Assembly (NCBI GenBank): GCA_965116905.1
Contig: OZ220732.1
Location: forward strand, 3,104,001-3,168,000
Reading direction: 5' to 3'
From: Longimicrobiales bacterium
GTDB taxonomy: Bacteria; Gemmatimonadota; Gemmatimonadetes; Longimicrobiales; Gaopeijiaceae
Length of the DNA stretch: 64,000 nucleotides
Shown here: one piece after another, positions 61,389 through 64,000 of the stretch
How positions within the stretch are numbered: the first letter of the stretch is position 1
Layout: each line of letters starts with the position of its first letter
Notes under the pieces: model-generated
Databases searched by the model: none
Seen by the model: the letters and a program-made list of their open reading frames with translations, nothing else
What the model was told of the DNA's origin: nothing
Position numbers and translations under genes: made by a program

Positions 61389-62822
61389 TCAGCCCGCCAG
61401 CCCCCTGCCGGCTTCGCGGAGCGCGTTCCAGGTCGCGTCGACGTGCTCGGCCCGGGTGTGGATGTTGCCGATCGCGAAGCGCAGCCAGGTGTCGCCGTCG
61501 ATCTCGGTCTGTGCCAGAAAGGCGGTTCCGCTCCGATTGACCCGATCCATGACCGCGAGGTTGACGGCGTTGCGCCGTTCGCCGCGGACGCCCGGGGGCG
61601 CGTGCCGCAGCACCACCAGGGAAAACGGCGTCGGACGCCAGCGCTCCCAGTCCTCCTCGGCATCGATCTTCTCGGCGAGCCGCCTCGCCAGGGCGACGTG
61701 GCGCGCCAGGTGCGCGCGCAGGCCGCGCTGTCCGAAATAGCGCATGACGAACCACAGCTTGAGGGCGCGGAAGCGCCGGCCGAGTGCCAGGCCGTGATCC
61801 ATCAGGTGACTGACGCCGTGCTCGCCGGTCTCCAGGTACGCCGGCGTCAACGAGAAGGCGGCGCGCAGCGCGGCGGGGTCGCGGACGTACAGCACCGAGC
61901 AGTCGACCGGCGTAAACAGCCACTTGTGCGGGTTGATCACGATCGAGTCCGCCCGCTCCCAGCCCGCGAAGTGCGACTCCATGTCGGGCAGCGCGGCCGC
62001 AACGCCCGCGTACGCCGCGTCCACGTGCAGCCATATGCCGTACCGTGCCGCGACATCGGCGATCGCGCCGACCGGATCGACCGCGTTGATCGACGTGCTG
62101 CCGATCGTCGTCACCACGGCAATCGGGCGAAACCCTGACGTAACGTCATGGTCGACCGCACCCGCGAGGGCCGCCGGGTCCATCCCCCGCAGCGGACCGG
62201 TAGGGACGACGCGGACGCCCTCACGCCCCAGGCCCAGGGCGTGCACCGCCTTCAGCACCGACGAATGGGCCTCGGCCGTTGTGTACACACGCCCCGGAGG
62301 AGCCCCGGCCAGCCCCCGTTCCCGGGCCTCGGGCAGCAGCTTCTCCCGCGCGGCCGCCAGTGCCGAAAAGGTGGAGGTGGACGCGGTATCGTTGATCGTG
62401 CCGAGGAAACCGGGCGGCAACCCCAGGAAGGCGCGCAGCCAATCCAGCGTGACCTGTTCCAGCTCCGTAGCCGCAGGAGAACTCTTCCAGACCATCGCGT
62501 TGACGTTCAGCGCAGCCGCAAGCAACTCTCCCAGGATCCCCGGGCCCGATCCGGAAATCGCGAAATAGGCGAAGAACGAGGGGTGGTTCCAATGTGTGAT
62601 CCCGGGCACCACCGTCGACTCGAAGTCCCTGAGCAACGTCTCCATCGGCTCGCCATCGGGCGGCACCTCGCGCCCGAGCGCCTCGCGCACGTCACCTGGC
62701 CGCACCCGGGCAAGTACCGGGTACTCGCCGATCCCCTCGAGGTAGTCGGCAACCCAATCGATGAAGCGGTGGCCCGACTCCCGGAAATCGCCAGGAGGCA
62801 TCCCGCCCGGAGAGACAGCCAT
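61389..62822 (-). CDS. Group II pyridoxal-dependent decarboxylase (aromatic-L-amino-acid decarboxylase-like)
   Basis: Motifs PGITHWNHPSFFAYF, SPAATELE, HVDAAYAG, NPHKWL (PLP Lys) and GRRFRALKLW. Confidence 0.92.
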   Translation of the reverse strand: MAVSPGGMPPGDFRESGHRFIDWVADYLEGIGEYPVLARVRPGDVREALGREVPPDGEPMETLLRDFESTVVPGITHWNHPSFFAYFAISGSGPGILGELLAAALNVNAMVWKSSPAATELEQVTLDWLRAFLGLPPGFLGTINDTASTSTFSALAAAREKLLPEARERGLAGAPPGRVYTTAEAHSSVLKAVHALGLGREGVRVVPTGPLRGMDPAALAGAVDHDVTSGFRPIAVVTTIGSTSINAVDPVGAIADVAARYGIWLHVDAAYAGVAAALPDMESHFAGWERADSIVINPHKWLFTPVDCSVLYVRDPAALRAAFSLTPAYLETGEHGVSHLMDHGLALGRRFRALKLWFVMRYFGQRGLRAHLARHVALARRLAEKIDAEEDWERWRPTPFSLVVLRHAPPGVRGERRNAVNLAVMDRVNRSGTAFLAQTEIDGDTWLRFAIGNIHTRAEHVDATWNALREAGRGLAG

Positions 62823-62845
62823 TCGGGGTCGCTGCGGCCCGGGCG

Positions 62846-63472
62846 TTACAGGGGCCCGGGACGGGACAGGTGCCCCATGATCCGCCGGCCCTCCGCCTGA
62901 AGGTCGCGGAGCTGGTCGCAGATCTCTTGCAGATCGTCCCCGCCGAGGGGCGCCGGCACACCGGAATCGTGGATCAGGCTGAAGAAAAGGAGGTCCGTGT
63001 GGCCAACGCTCGCCTGGGTCACGCCGATATCGACAGCCCGATTGAGATGAAGGATCTCCCGGAGCGGCAACCCGCCTTCAGCCGTCGCGGGGGGACGCTC
63101 GAACATCAATACCAGGATGACTTCCCGCAGAAGCTGGAACTCCTCGATCACTTCGCCGGCGGACAGGCCGCGCCGGGCGGCCACCGAACCGAAGAGCTCG
63201 GCGCCCTCCGACCAGAGCGGCAGGATCTGGGCCCGGTAGGCCCCGAGCATACCCGGCAGCAGGGAGACCAGCCCTCGGCAGAACGGCCTCGCGACGGGCC
63301 GCGTGTCTCCCGCCCACGACTCTCCATTCGCCAACAGGCCCGACGCCCAGCGCTCGGCGATCCCGGGCGAACGCTCGTCGATCCACGCTGCCATGTCGAC
63401 GGGAACGGCAAGGGTCCGTCCGCTTGCGCGCGAGTCCGAAGGGCCGGGCCTGCCTGGAGTCATGTGGAGCAC
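62846..63472 (-). CDS. Hypothetical all-helical protein, RsbRD_N/non-heme-globin-like
   Basis: IAERW...RRGLSAGEVIEEFQLLREVIL pattern. GTG 63472 lies 6 nt after TAGAAT; alternative ATGs at 63463 and 63394. Confidence 0.65.
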   Translation of the reverse strand: MLHMTPGRPGPSDSRASGRTLAVPVDMAAWIDERSPGIAERWASGLLANGESWAGDTRPVARPFCRGLVSLLPGMLGAYRAQILPLWSEGAELFGSVAARRGLSAGEVIEEFQLLREVILVLMFERPPATAEGGLPLREILHLNRAVDIGVTQASVGHTDLLFFSLIHDSGVPAPLGGDDLQEICDQLRDLQAEGRRIMGHLSRPGPL

Positions 63473-63478
63473 AGGACC

Positions 63479-63507
63479 ATTCTACTCGCCCGCGTCGGAA
63501 CCGCCAA
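63479..63507 (-). promoter_or_regulatory. Putative leaderless promoter overlapping the kinase stop codon
   Basis: TTGGCG-N17-TAGAAT-N6-GTG(63472). Confidence 0.5.
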
Positions 63508-64000
63508 GGTCCTCCTGCCGTTCCCCAGTGGCGGGCTCGTACACTTGCAGGCCGATTCTCACGAGGGTGCCACGGCCGACTTTGCTCCGCACATCCACGG
63601 TGCCGCCCCATGAGTCGACCAGCCGCTTGGCAATCGCGAGTCCCAGACCGGTCCCCGTGGAGCGCGTCGAAAACTGAGGCTCGAAGATGCGCGGAAGCAG
63701 CTCGTCGGGGATCCCGGACCCCTGGTCCTCCACGACCACCGCCACCCTCCGCGAGCCATCCGCGGGCTCGACGGCGCCGATGCGCACAACCCCACCGCCC
63801 GGCATCGCGGCTCTGGCGTTCTCCAGCAGGTTGAGCAGCACCTCCTTGAGTTCGTCGGGACGCGCAACCACCCTGGGCAGGGTGGCCGGCAAATCGCTCT
63901 CGAGACGGATCGTGGTCTTGCCACCGCCCTGGTAGAGGTTCAGGAGCTCCCTGATCACCTCGCCCGGATCGACGGCGACCAGCGGACCCGCCTCGGCCGC
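63482..64000 (-). CDS. Sensor histidine kinase, C-terminal HATPase part (5' end outside the window)
   Basis: Motifs VLLNLLENARAA, DQGSGI, IFEPQFST and GTGLGLAI. Confidence 0.9.
   Translation of the reverse strand, partial: AAEAGPLVAVDPGEVIRELLNLYQGGGKTTIRLESDLPATLPRVVARPDELKEVLLNLLENARAAMPGGGVVRIGAVEPADGSRRVAVVVEDQGSGIPDELLPRIFEPQFSTRSTGTGLGLAIAKRLVDSWGGTVDVRSKVGRGTLVRIGLQVYEPATGERQEDLGGSDAGE

Overview
High-GC (~70% by eye) bacterial chromosomal segment made almost entirely of conserved housekeeping genes, mostly on the minus strand. It carries clpB; guaA/lysA/proS/hisS; folC/accD; mreBCD-mrdA-rodA; rimP-nusA-infB-DUF503-rbfA-truB-ribF-rpsO-pnp-M16; murA; pcrA; serS; rplM-rpsI-rpsB-tsf-pyrH-frr-uppS-cdsA-dxr-rseP; a sigma70 factor; an NtrC-like regulator; comM; pntA1/A2/B; and a group II PLP decarboxylase. 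Gene order and protein subtypes suggest Gemmatimonadota or another FCB-group lineage (inference only). I found no rRNA, tRNA, CRISPR, IS or prophage. The most unusual observations are: (1) an in-frame alanine dehydrogenase-dUTPase fusion with both sets of catalytic motifs intact; (2) an 80-bp, 36%-GC patch of synonymous AT-rich codons inside clpB; (3) three helically phased CTGCCA-N3-TGGCAG palindromes upstream of clpB that match none of the classical heat-shock operators; (4) a recurrent -10 box 6-8 nt before start codons, suggesting leaderless genes; (5) many short tandem duplications at gene ends and junctions. Starts were re-chosen by hand from the ORF track and some are approximate.
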